Source of the DNA: Eledone cirrhosa
Lineage: Eukaryota
Length of the DNA stretch: 64,000 bases
Assembly (NCBI GenBank): GCA_964016885.1
Contig: OZ024745.1
Coordinates: 131,130,001-131,194,000 of the forward strand
Direction: 5' to 3'
The notes below the pieces were generated by a model, which saw only the letters and a list, made by a program, of their open reading frames with translations, made no database searches and had not been told where the DNA came from. The position numbers were made by a program, and so were the translations under genes. The first letter of the stretch is position 1, and each line of letters opens with the position of its first letter. Positions 12,950 through 26,184 of the stretch are shown in pieces.

Positions 12950-13292
12950 ACTTATCACCGTTTTACGTCCGTTCTTCCATGCTAGCATGGGTTAGACGGG
13001 TTGTCCTGTTGTGGGCAGTGTCCGGTCAGCTGACCTTATCTTGCTCATACGGGAACTGATTATGGCATGATTTCTACAGCTGGATGCTTTTTTTACTGTG
13101 GCACCTCCACAACCACTTTGCAGTGGAATGATATGGACCCCAGTCCTATCATCTCATTTCTATAGGTGAGTAAACTGGAGCAATGTGAAATAAAGTGTCT
13201 TGCTCAAGGAAACAACACATCACCCGGTCCGAGAATTGAACTCACAACCTTTCGATTGCAAGCTCAATGCTCTAACCACTAAGCCATGCGAC
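12950..13292 (-). mobile_element. tRNA-derived SINE head plus RTE-type SINE tail
   Basis: A/B boxes (ggcttagtggttagagc...gagttcaattctc); similar heads at ~33695-33850 (+), ~37250-37405 (-) and ~52038-52300 (+). Confidence 0.75.
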
Positions 13293-15111
13293 TAGTTGAA
13301 TATCTACAGAAACATGTAACTTTCTCACACAATTATAGCTATTTCCTTCACTGACACATCGCAACACCTGAATGAGAATGTTAAACCATGTAGTACTAAT
13401 ACATCTAAACTAAAATACACCTACTATACTTAACTGATAGTTTGCATGTAGAAACAAAACAGTTAGTCCTTGGTGTGGTGTTAGAAGTTGCACTTTATAA
13501 GACATATCAGTAAAATTTAGGTAATAAATATTTTGAATAAGATACTCTAATCAAAGCTAGGAATAAAAATACAAGTTGAATAATTCCAAACACAAATGCA
13601 TCCAAAATGTTTTAAGACTATTCCACAGGTAGATAACATAACATAAGCACTGTTGTATTCTCTTCTTTTGAAGCACAGGAGAGATACATTTTTCTTTTTT
13701 TTTTAAACCAAAAGAAATAAGACAGGATACAAAATATAGCTAATAAAACCACCTTTGAAACTTTGATATATAAAAATGTACTGCCATTCACAGATGTAAT
13801 CTACTTGCAGGAGAAAACACTTCAAAAGATCTCTACCACTGTTTACTTTAATAATATAATGGTAAAGTTTGAAAAAACTCTTGAAAAAATATTAACCCTT
13901 TCATGACCACATTTCTCATGAAATATACTCTTTTTAATTAATTAAGAATTTCGAAGGATCTACTAAAATGATTTCCTTATTAACTCTTTCATGACTGCAT
14001 TTCTAATGAAATACACTATTTTGATTAATTAATGATGATGCAGAGCAACTTGTCATATTTGCTGAGGGACTGGCCTGCAAAACCTTCTGTTGGTTTACCC
14101 CAATTGGCTCACATATAGCTTGCCACCCCTTGTTCAAGCATACTACGCCCTCATCCTTTCAATGCCACCCTCCCAGGGAATGGAAAGTTCTATATAATTC
14201 GAAACCATGCAAATAAATGAACATACAAATAAACCATAGAAATCTTATCATGAATAACTGGAAATATATAATGCTTGCTCTCAAAATATTAGATCCTATG
14301 GAAAAGACATGCTTCTGACTAGCATTTCATTTTACAACGGAATGCAAAACTTTCGACAACTGTAGTTGACACTGATGTCCTTGCTATCAAAGTCATATAT
14401 GTCATCGTCATCAATTGATATACAAAAAAGAAATACATTAAAATTATCATAAATTCTCTTTAGTTTTAACATATAAGGATCTAAAATTAATTGTAAGGAA
14501 AATACATCAATTGTATATACAAATACATTGTCATCTACTGATGTACGTGAAACATTCTTAATTGTAATTTCCCTTTTTGTAAAAGAAAATAAACTGGAGG
14601 TAGAAAATAAGGGAGCACATGTTTCGATTTCTTAATTGGATCCAGTTGACTAGGTGTAAGTTTCCTCTCGAAAAAGAAATAATTGAACATCACAGAATCT
14701 CCTTTCCCTTCAAAGAATGCAGGAGGCCTTGTGTGTATGAGAAAATCAATATTACAAATAAAGACTGCTACAAAAATAAGTGGCAACTATAAATAAACTA
14801 TGAAACTGAGCCGTCCTAGTCGACTAATGCCTACATTTGGCCCTAAAGTTGATGAAGGCTTGTGTTGCATAAGCTGGAGCAAAAGGGCTTCTAATGTACC
14901 AAGTAACAAGGGTAACAAAACATTTGTCAGATTTAATACACTAACCTCTTACAGAACCTGGAATAAAATTAACGGTGCCACATACTAAGATTTATAATTT
15001 ATAGATACCTTCATTAAAACTATATATGGTAAAGAAAAACATCTTAAAATACTCAGAGTAACGTAAAATCTAATTATCCTGGTGTTAGAAACTTTAAATA
15101 TATTTATTATA

Positions 15112-15420
15112 AACTAGCAGTGGTACCCGGCGTTGCTCGGGTTTGTTCATTTGCTATGAAAAGTTACATACAGGTAAACGTGGCTTGAAAGCGAATAAAC
15201 TTATCAATTAAGTGCATAAAGCAGATACATTATATTAGCAGGTGAAATAAACATATGCTCTATCCTTACAGCTCATTTTACAGTAGAAAAGCACCAAAAG
15301 GTGACCATTGCCATTGTCGGCACAAAGTAATGTTTTAGTTAGGGGAGAAATAAGTTCTCGGTTTCAAATCCCGACTATAGACTTTTCAGTGCACTTATTT
15401 CTATAAAAATACATGAGGAT
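15112..15420. mobile_element. Possible Helitron/Helentron-associated element end
   Basis: actagcagtggt followed by the hairpin acccggcgttgctcgggt; internal extent uncertain. Confidence 0.4.
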
Positions 15421-15630
15421 CACACTCTCCATTTAAGGTCCCCTACAAGTCAGACTACATAAGTAATCCTTAATAATAATTGCATTAGAGACGAGTTACA
15501 CAAACGTTCGCAGCTATATTAAATGGACATATTTTCCCCTTTCTTCAAACGGTTCTATGGAAGAATGGTGTTTTTAATTTCTTTTTACAAGAAAAGAGTA
15601 AGAAAAAAGAGAAAGAGAGAAGAAGTTTAC

Positions 15631-15775
15631 CTGTGAAGTGCACATGGCCGGTTTGGACTTAACGATGTGGACCAACTCTCACTGAAGGTTACACAAGTTG
15701 TTTGTAAAAGTGATTGTCATTGGTTGTTTCTCAAGAAAATCACAGTAATTACATTGAAACTTCCGCTTCCGGTTA
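15631..15775 (-). promoter_or_regulatory. Candidate TMEM161B promoter and non-coding first exon
   Basis: Tandem ETS/GABP-type motif CCGGAAGCGGAAGT (15759-15772, - strand) followed by the donor cag|gtaaac at 15631/15630. Confidence 0.5.
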
Positions 15776-16171
15776 TTCGATCCTCAAAATGTTATCTTTA
15801 AATGATGGAAACACTGTAAAGCAGTTTTTGTATTAGATATAGTCCTATTTTAGGGTTCCATTAAAGGGGAAGTGGAATTTTTAGATAGTATAACTAAGAA
15901 AAATAAAATGTAAATACAAACATGATGAAAGTTATATATATGACATGTCAGAATTATATTAATATATATTCTGGCATATGTTAGAATTATATTAATATAG
16001 AAAAACAGACAGCTGTAATGAAAGCTATAGTTGAAACAGAAATAAGGAGATTATTAATTGTGATGGAAATTGTAATTATAATTTGTTCTTTCTGCTGGCA
16101 GCACTTGTATTCAAAAGTTAGAACGTCAGTATCCATATAAAAAAGGCATATTTCATTATTTCCATCAGAAA

Positions 16172-16370
16172 GTAAATAAAGTACCAGTAATACACTGAAT
16201 TAATTGCTGGCCTTGTGCTAAAAGTAGAAACAATTATTAAGCCCTTTATGATCTGAGTTCAATCTCGCCGAGGTTAACTTTGCCTTTCATCCTTATGGGG
16301 TCGATAAAATAAAGTACCAGTAATACACTGGAATAATTGCAGGCTTTGTGCCAAAAGTAGAAACAATTAT
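16172..16370 (+). mobile_element. SINE (gcctttcatccttacggggtcgataaa core) with ~16-bp TSD
   Basis: attatttccatcagaaa on both sides; same family at ~12420-12510, 42392-42553 (TSD attattagactgttttata), ~55465-55630 (-) and ~55745-55985. Confidence 0.8.
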
Positions 16371-18133
16371 TTCCATCAGAAACTACTTTCGTTCCGTTCT
16401 TTACGTTATGGTTTTCGATTTTCCGTCTGAAAATTTCGTTGTTAGTTTAATCGAACTTAAAATAGGAATATACCTTCTTTTTTTCTTCTTCTTCGTCTTT
16501 AACGGTTAGTTTTTTTGTATTAGTGTTGATTGGTTCTATTGCAGTATACCCAAGTAAAATAATGTTCTACTTGGGATTTTAATACTCAGAACATTAATTA
16601 AATATGCCAACACAAACTTAACTATTGTTTTTTCATGCGGATGATGTATCTGAAAAATTAATACCTACGTTTCTTTGATTGTTTAATCTTTCCCTAGAGT
16701 TGGTAGAATATATATCGCTATTGCCCTACCTTCACCATAATCTCATCTTTGCCTTTCAGCTCTCAGTGATGATCGATAAAATATGTTGTAGGCTCACCTG
16801 TCAATTGCGGGTTTGACACAGTGCTAACTTTAGCTATTGGTGACCCAGGACGTGGAGGGCCAATACTTGCGAGGGGGGGACATCCAAAGTTAACATCGAA
16901 GGAATTCAATACCGCAATAATTTATATGAATATCAAAGACCTTTTTATCTGGTTCTGTAATGACTATAACAATTCGCCACCTTTCATCGATCTGTAGTTA
17001 GTAACACTATGTATCAATGATATACTGATTCGATTTGGTCAAGTGTTTACTTAAAAGAAATTAATAACAGTTTATATAATTTATTAATGTAAGTAAACAA
17101 CAACAATTAGTCGAAAAGGCAAATACACTTTCTATTACACATTGCAGCAGGGAATTTTTAAGTAACTCCAAACACTGACAGTATTATCGTAGGTGATGGC
17201 GATACTAAGGTGCTAAAACAGACAAGCACCCTCACAAACAGCAACTGATACTTCGGTAAGACGAAATGTTGACGATGACAAAACTTCGTTGTCACAGACA
17301 GGTATTCCTCACCTGAACGTCACTAATTGAAAAATGTAATTATATTTCAGGAAATACGGGACTTTATTTTGCTCCTTTTCACGTCCCGTCGAGTAAAGGT
17401 GAACCTCACTGCATCCGTAACAGAACAGAATAAAATTCTAATTATTATATATTATCAGTAAACTATTTTTCCAGCCTGTGGAGTTGCAGACGTTTAGGGA
17501 AGCTGAGCCATTGATAAGTTCTTGTTAATGTTAGCGGCTTGTCTTGCCGCGAGGATGCTTGGTTATTCCAGCATCTTGGTCTCGCTATCACCAGCGGCAA
17601 TGCCTGCCTACAGATTATTAAACGAAACCCCCAGCGCCCTTTTTCTTTTTCTAGTACTGCATATATATATGCGAATAGGCTTAGTAGCCGGTAAACCCTA
17701 AAGGCACACAACACACATCGCTATAGTGTTTCACCAGCCCCTTCTGTTGTCTGTATGCAACTAAAGTTAATGTAACTTACGAATGGACGACTAAAAGATT
17801 TCAAATTGTCTTAACTCGGGCCACAACTGATGGTGTCTGACACTCTTACCGGCTAAATAGCCTCTTCCATATATATATGTGTGTGTGTGTCCCATTATAT
17901 AAATTATATCGGTACGTTTATTGATATATAAATATCAATACAAATAGTATCGCAGACACTACCCACAACTTGAAATCCAGTGATCTTCTTCGTTACAAAG
18001 TTTGGTTGAGCTAATTGACATTTCTCATTGACAAGTTTTTCTTCGGTAGGATAGCCAAGTAAATAAAACTCTTGGAACACTTATAATTTATACGGCTTCC
18101 AAGGAATTAAGAAATATTATTGTTAAGAATGTG

Positions 18134-18372
18134 CAGAGTGGGATTTACGTATAAGCTAAACAAGCTATAGCTTAGGGCCCCCACTTTCTTGGGACCCCGA
18201 AAAAATTGAAAAAAAAAACGGTATTTATAGTTCCAAAATATAAGATAAAAAAGAACTAAAATAATGCAATAGTTTTGAACGTTTTTCAGTTTTTATAACA
18301 TTTTTTATAACATATAAAAGGCCCCATTATCTCAAATAGCTTAGGGCCTCATCAAATCTAAATCCGGCCCTG
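18134..18372 (+). mobile_element. hAT-like MITE
   Basis: CAG...CTG termini; 8-bp TSD agaatgtg/agaatatg. Confidence 0.85.
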
Positions 18373-19133
18373 AGAATATGACTCAAGTGGATCTAATGAC
18401 CAAGTCTTCGATGACAGTACTAGCAACAATATTAATTAATCCTCTGTTAGCCACATACAGCTGGTTAAAAGTCACAGGAAAAAAACATTTTGTAAAGCCA
18501 ACTGGTTTGATGCGATTAAAAACATGTTTGTATGTGTATGGTGTATGTGTATGGTGCGTGTGTATGGTGCGTGTGTGTTTGTGAGCTTTCTTCCATAAAT
18601 GTATCGCTCCATTTTATTGGCTCCATCATGTTGATGTCTACAGCATGTTCAGACATGGGATCTGGTTACAGTGGAATTATAAAGTACTGCTACTGCACCA
18701 CTATGGTCGTTATCGCCATTATTATTAATAATATTATCATTCATTTGTCTAGAAAATTACATTTTTTTTTCTTCAAGTCAGACATCGACCAGTTGAAATC
18801 CGTTCATGCTCTCATGTAAAATAATTACTTTTACCATTATACAACTTTTTAATACTTCAGAGTAAGTTTTTGGATGTTTACATTTTCCTAAATTTTATCA
18901 TTATTTTTAGTTTATTAGTATATATTAATTTTCTTTTTTACTAATTTGTTTTCTCCTTCGAAATTTTGGAAAGTTGTAAAAGTTTTCGGGTCAAATTGAG
19001 CCCCAAACAAAAAAAAAAGGGTGAGATAGTTAATTTTATTTGCTGACACTATAAAATCACAATATTTTCATATTTTAGTTAACTACAACACACAGAAAAA
19101 TAAACTTACAGAGGCCTTGCTGCAAGCTTTGGG

Positions 19134-19381
19134 CAAGGCCGAATTTAGATTTGATGAGGCCCTAAGCTATTTGAGATAATGGGGCCCTTTATATGTTATA
19201 AAAACTGTAAAACCTTCAATATTAAAGCAGAAAACTGTTTAAAACTATTGCATTATTTTAGTTCTTTTTTATCTTATATTTTGGAAATGCACGCCGTTTT
19301 TTTTTCAATTTTTTCGGGGCCCCAAGAAAGTGGGGGCCCTAAGTTATAGCTTGTTTAGCTTTTACGTAAATCCCACTTCTG
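19134..19381 (-). mobile_element. hAT-like MITE, same family, inverted
   Basis: Perfect 8-bp TSD gctttggg; reverse complement of the 18134-18372 copy. Confidence 0.88.
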
Positions 19382-19739
19382 GCTTTGGGGAAGGAGAAAA
19401 ATAACTAAAAGAAGAGGAGTTGAAGGAATATGGCACAAGTATATGAAAGACTGTCCAGGACGAAACATACTACTGGGACTCTTATTCCCTGGCTAAAAAG
19501 CAATATCATTGATACCTAAAGAAATATTTTGTTTACTTGAAAAAGAATACAAATATTATATCGTTAAAGTTTTATTTTCCTGTTTGGTGTCCTGTCCACA
19601 TTCATATTAAGTTGGGGAAATTATTATTCGAAGTTATCAGCTCAAGATAGCAACTATAAAGCGTTTTACAACTGAACCAAACACAAACACTGTTGCTATT
19701 TCACATATCAGCTGGAGATCCATAGCCTCTTTCTACCTG

Positions 19740-20440
19740 TGTGTGGGTGACATTGTGAGTGTGTGACGTTTTGTCTGTATTTATTGTGTGTGTGACGTTT
19801 TGTCTGTATTTATTGTGTGTGTGTGTGACGTTTGCCTGTATTTGTGAATATGTGTGTGACTTGCTACCTGTATGTGTATGACTTGCTACCTGTATGTGTG
19901 TGACTTGCTACCTGTATGTGTGTATGACTTGCTACCTGTATGTATATGTGTATGACTTGCTACCTGTATATGTATGACTTGCTACCTGTATGTATATGTG
20001 TATGACTTGCTACCTGTATATGTATGACTTGCTACCTGTTATGTATGACTTGCTACCTGTATGTATATATGTATGACTTGCTACCTGTATGTATATATGT
20101 ATGACTTGCTACCTATATGTGTATGACTTGCTACCTGTATGTATATATGTATGACTTGCTACCTATATGTGTATGACTTGCTACCTGTATGTATATATGT
20201 ATGACTTGCTACCTATATGTGTATGACTTGCTACCTGTATATGTATGACTTGCTACCTGTATGTGTGTGACTTGCTACCTGTATGTGTATGACTTGCTAC
20301 CTGTATGTGTTATACTTGCTACCTGTATGTGTGTGACTTGCTACCTGTATGTGTATGACTTGCTACCTGTATGTGTGACTTGCTACCTGTATGTATATGT
20401 GTATGACTTACTACCTGTATATGTGTGTGTGTGTGTGACA
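19740..20440. repeat. Variable-period minisatellite (gtatgacttgctacctgtat...)
   Basis: Core gacttgctacct separated by variable TG/TA runs. Confidence 0.9.
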
Positions 20441-21020
20441 CTCCACCTGAGTTTATGTGGTTCTTTTTATTGTTACTATGACAACCACCCATGAACTGAA
20501 TATTACACAATTCTCTTAATACTTAAGCCAAACACACACTTTCATATATATATATATATATGAATATATATATATATATATATTTTAAGCATCCTAGAAT
20601 TACTGGAAATATTCTTATATAATTTGACATTTTGAGATGTTTACGTTTCTTGAAGAAAATGACGTTTAAAAGTGCCAACAAAATATAAGATGTGAAATAA
20701 TCTGACCAATTCTACCAGAATTTTCAAAAGTGAGCTCGAAATAAGTTTATATTTTATCTATTTAAATCTTTGATTTACTGTAAATAACGAATTAGATTGA
20801 AATGTCTTTTCTCTTTCTATTAAACTAATTCGAAAATGTATTGTTTACTGTTGAAAAATATTCTCTGTAAATGATATATCTTTGTTGACTTTCAATTTCC
20901 AGGAGAGAGAAGTTTATTCACAATTGTATAAATAACATTATAGATTCAGTAAATTTTATTTCATAAATATATATATACTTCATAGTTGTATAAATAACAT
21001 TACAAATCGTTACCAATTCT

Positions 21021-22224
21021 TTCAGAATGAAAATATAAACAGAGCATATAAATAAATTTACAGTAGAATAACATTTATGTTTTAAATATATACATAAATA
21101 ACATTACAAATGCCTCGGTAACACTACAAAGGATGATATAATGAAAGATATATTCCTTCAATGTTACAATATTAAAGAAAATGTAAAGGAGGGGGTGAAC
21201 AACGGAGTCAACACCAGAGCAAAAGACAGCAGTGAGGGGTACTGGGCAACCTCTCTAATGAGTTTTGAGGCAAGCCAGCACACTGGCAGTGTTACCTCGG
21301 GTGATGGCGAGGCTGATGCGCTGAAACAGCCAAGCACCCTCGCGAGATTCGCCAGTTACCTCTATTAGGCGAGCCATCAGTGAGGAAAGGAACATCGCAA
21401 TCAGCGGCCCACTGCTCAGAGTGGGAGCTGACGTCTGCATGGGTTTGAGGTGCCGATGCGGCAAACTCATCGACTCCACAGTCTTTCTTGCAGTCTGAAT
21501 GACGGCCGCGTCACACGGAGCTAAACCTCATCCCCAAGAGAGCTTTGGTGCGGGCGAACACCCCCTCAATCTTGGAACCATCTGGGTTGTCCAGAAGTGA
21601 CGGCAAAAGACCTGACTGTCTTACCCTGTGTCCCTGGTCGAGAGGCAGGTGCCTTGTCTTGGACGTCACTGTTAGTGACTCTTTTGCTCTTTCCCACATC
21701 CTGGATGCTGCGGTTAGGACGAGAGCCACAGCTTCTGCAGCCGAGCGGAGTAAGACCCTCAAATATTCTGATCTGTCGGCGGCCAGCTACATTTTTCACC
21801 CTGTGGCTTTCGAGACGTTTGGGGGAGTCGGGCCGATGACTGTGAGGTCCCTCTCTTCACTGGCGGCTCGCCTAATAGAGGTGACTGGCAAATCTCACGA
21901 GGACGCTTGGCTGTTTCAGCGCATCAGCCTCGCCATCACCCGAGGTAACACTGCCAGTGTGCTGGCTTGCCTCAAAACTCATTAGAGAGGTTGCCCAGTA
22001 CCCCTCACTGCTGTCTTTTGCTCTGGTGTTGACTCCGTTGTTCACCCCTTCCTTTACATTTTCTTTAATATTGTAACATTGAAGGAATATATCTTTCATT
22101 ATATCATCCTTTGTAGTGTTACCGAGGCATTTGTAATGTTATTTATGTATAAATTTAAAACATATTTGTCATGTTATTCTACTGTAAATTTATTTATATG
22201 CTCTGTTTATATTTTCATTCTGAA
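21021..22224 (+). mobile_element. CRE-like (restriction-like endonuclease) non-LTR retrotransposon 3' portion with an inverted duplicate of its 3' end
   Basis: CRCG Zn-knuckle remnant, then EP..DGKRPD...LDVTV...KY...FHPVAFETFGG...FQRISLAITRGN; 21021-~21413 is the reverse complement of ~21826-22224. Confidence 0.8.
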
Positions 22225-22642
22225 GGAACTTATCCACTTGTGTTGATATAAGTGATTTTATGATTTTCCTGTAAACATTATAGATTGTATATATTTCTTA
22301 CAGAATGAAAATATAAACTCAAATATAATTTAATATTCAGTTGTATAAATAACATTGTAAATTGTAAGCAATTGTTACAGAATGAAAGTATAGCTACATA
22401 CAAGGGAAAACTAGTTCTTATTCTATATTTCCATTTTATTTATCTTTAACTAAGGATATTTACAAACGTAAATAGACAATATTTGACAATAACAATTTAA
22501 ATTATTTCTTTCGTTAACACATTTCTAATAAAAAAAAAAACACTGCTTAAAGTAGTTAAACTTTAGAGGAAGTTAATAATATAACTTTAAAAAAAACACA
22601 TATAAATACAATTAACTATTGCTAGGAACCTCACAACTATAA

Positions 22643-23128
22643 CATATAATAATAATAATGATAATAATGAAAATATTGTGTACAGTGCTCAGGTGCACTA
22701 CAACTCATCAAAAGTGTATGTATAGTATATAGGGTAATGTACAAATGTCAGGAAAATTAACAGGGCATGAGTCATGATATACACATGTGTACATGTGTAT
22801 GGAAGGGTGACATCAGGTGTAGTTTTGGTGAATTTCGGGAAGCATGGGGGTTATAAAGGATGCAGTGTCTCGGCAGCTAACCACTGATGCAGGCAGTTTG
22901 TTCCATGCTTCAGCAACTCTAAGCGTGAAAAAATGTTTACGAAAGTCATGGGAGCTGTGCTGTTTTCTGACTTTGTAGGCATGTCCACGTGTGTTAGACA
23001 TGTGGAGATCAAAAAGATGCTCAGGGTTGTTGTTGGCGAGATGGTTAATAACTTTGTGGGTGTTTACCAAGTCCATTGCCAGACGTCGGGGCTTCAATGA
23101 ATCCATCCCCAAGGAAGCAAGGCGTAAC
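22643..23128 (-). mobile_element. CR1-clade LINE 3' end with (TAT)n tail
   Basis: NTRGHAYKV...RKHFFTLRVAEAWNKLP; a homologous 3' UTR piece lies at ~54143-54375 (+). Confidence 0.85.
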
Positions 23129-23529
23129 TACAATTAACTATTGCTGGGAACCTCACAAATATAATGCACAAAAATTTATAATCGAAGCTTTGGTGTGTTT
23201 ATATTTGTGAGGTTCCTAACTATAATTAATTGTATTTTATGTGGTTATATTTTCATTCTGAAAGAATTGTGAACAAATATAAACAATAAATTCAAAAGCT
23301 TTAGTTTTTGCAGAAGCACAGAGCTAAAAAATATAGACAAATAATTTTTAAAATATTCTTTAAAGACGAATATCAACAAGTGTTTTACTTTATAAAAATA
23401 TTTCAATTTTTTATTGACAAACATATTTATTAATCAGTCGGATGGTATTGTTAAATCTCCAAGTTTGCTTAAATTAAGGACTGTCAATTCTCGTTTTCAT
23501 CCAAGATTGAATAACGATTGTATTCTATA

Positions 23530-23910
23530 TATGGGCTTATATATGTATAAGTTTATATATGTATAAGTTTATATATGTATAAGTTTATATATATGTATAA
23601 GTTTATATATATGTATAAGTTTATATATGTATAAGTTTATATATGTATAAGTTTATATATATGTATAAGTTTATATATATGTATAAGTTTATATATATAT
23701 AAGTTTATATATATATAAGTTTATATATATATAAGTTTATATATATATAAGTTTATATATATGTATAAGTTTATATATATATAAGTTTATATATATATAA
23801 GTTTATATATATATAAGTTTATATATATATACGTTTATATATATATAAGTTTATATATATATAAGTTTATATATATATAAGTTTATATATATATATACGT
23901 TTATATATAT
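23530..23910. repeat. AT-rich (tatatataagtt)n tandem repeat
   Basis: Direct reading. Confidence 0.9.
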
Positions 23911-23999
23911 AATGTGGGTGCGTTTATTGATATAACTTATTTTTATTGTCAGGAAAAAAATATATTTATGCTCATCTACTACTACTGCTAGTAGTAGTA

Positions 24000-26130
24000 T
24001 TCAACTGTTGTAACCCCCTTATAATGATTTCATTTATTGGTCACAAGGGGACAATACAAAGACACGGACAGTGAGGGTTTACAATTAGATTGAGTAAAAG
24101 TGCAAAACACCAATTTAACAATGAAAAAAATATAAAAATAACTTCCCCAATGGGGGGGGGGTGAACTACCCAGGGGCGACTCAGGTACCCCACCAATCCT
24201 GAACCACCCAACGTTTCTAGGGCACTCCTCTCATCCTCAAATTAACCAGCCTACAGGCGCATGGTCAGAGTAAGCCCACTCACACTGGCCATTCTCACCA
24301 CATTCATCCACATTTTAGCAAATGTACTGGAAGGCAGCACTTCTCTCTCCACCCTTACCCTCCTTTCCAAGTGAAACTTGAAGACGTTGATGAGGTATTG
24401 GCCGAAGAGAAAAGTGGCTGTCTTCAGTCCTTTCAACCTGGTCCACCATATAACCTCTTTCGCAACCGCCACCGGACAGTAAAATTGCCTGCCTTTCCTG
24501 GCCAAAAAAAGGTGGCGGGTCGATCTTCACTATGGACACGGCCGATAGCCAGATCTGTTCTACACGTGACAGCAGCTGTTCGACATAACTCCACAAGTCA
24601 GTAATGCGCGGACACTGGACGAGTGCGTGCAGAATAGTTTCGTTGTTCTGCACACATCTCAGGCAGGTCCATCTGACAGCACCTCCGTGCCTGTAGAGTT
24701 TATCTCGAACCAGCAGTAACCCCTGGTAGTACTGCCAAGTGAGGGATTTCTGGATGTTATCCATTGTCCCTAGCTCGAAAGTCCTCTGGAACAGACTGGT
24801 CATGCCCAAAGCCTCTCCGAGTGCGTCGTTGCACTTGCCCACCACTAATTCTCTATAGAACTCGAAAGTGGAAGTTCCATTGACCGCATTGTCCACCTGG
24901 TAGAGGGCAGTGAGTGCCTGGCAACATTCCAGATGTCAGTCACCAAGTTTCGGTCTCTTGTTGATCCAAAGAGACGAGTTGTGGAACGGCCCATCTGACA
25001 AATGGCGACTACACCTGTTCACCATTTAGGCAGAATATCTGGAGCTGCCGCAGCCTCAGCACATGTCTGCGCATCATTAGTCATGGCATGCCCATCCCTC
25101 TGCGTAAAGAATGCTGGTAGCAGATGGATTGCCTCACCAATGGAACTTATTCCCTCCACAAGAAGTTGAAGAGGAGCCGTTCCAACTTGGTGAGGTGTGG
25201 ATGAGGGCAAGACACGACGGTCAGGCGGCAGTAGATAACGGACGCGATGTACGCATTCGCCACCTCCGCCTGACCTTTCAATGACAGCTTCTTTGCAGCC
25301 CATTTCGGGTGAGTCTGGCTACACTGATCGTCACCTCGTCCCAATTCTTATCCATCTGGAGGTCTGGCCCAAACCAAACCCCAAGCCAGTTTACTGGTCC
25401 GTCCATCCAGCGCCCAATGACACTGTTGGACGGCATGGACTTGCCTCTTCAGGTGCCAAGCTGCAAGCCCACTGACTTTTCTGGGTTAAGTTTCGCTCCC
25501 ATCAACCTTTCATATTCCTCCAATAAGTTGCCGACCACCTCGATTTCCGAGGTGTCTGACACCATCATGGTCATGTTGTCCACATAAGCCGTCACAGCCC
25601 TTCCACGTCCTGGTTCAAGCGGGATGCCCTGCAACAGCTCCAGCTTCTGCAGTAAAGGCTAGAGAATCAATACGTAGAGAAAGGAGGAGAGAGGGCACCC
25701 TTGACGGACCGATCAGGAGACCCGAAATGGTTCCGAGAAGTGGCCATTAACTTTGACCACCGAGCAGATGCCACTGTGCATTGCAGCGATCCAGCTTCTG
25801 AAGATGGATCTGAAACCAGCTGCCTTGAGGACAGGTATCGAATGCTTTCGATTGATCTAAATTGATCAGAGCCCCACTGAAGCCAGGTTTACACTTACCC
25901 TCCCTATGATGTATCACATGAGGTGGAGGTTGTTGTGTATGGACCTGGTTAGGATTGCACAAGTTTGGTCCTCCCCAACCAAATCTTCGACAAAAAGCGC
26001 CAACCTCTTCACTAACACCTTGGTCAAAATCTTAAACTCTGTGTTGAGCAGAGTTATGGGCCTGAAGTTATCTGTGTCCCTCTTGTTCTCATCTTTCCTT
26101 ATCAGCATCACTACGCCCCGGCTGACATTA
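24000..26130 (-). mobile_element. L1/Tx1-clade LINE, 5'-truncated and frameshifted
   Basis: NFRPITLLNTEFKILTKVL, DQSKAFD, RQGCPLS, AYVDNM, LNPEKS and C-terminal C..C..ETILHALVQCP. Confidence 0.88.
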
Positions 26131-26184
26131 TAATTAAAAGAGATCTCTGTTGATACCATTAGCAATTTTAATTATATTGCTTTT

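Noticed and set aside
18134-19381. Single large TIR transposon
   Set aside because: Each arm has its own distinct 8-bp TSD
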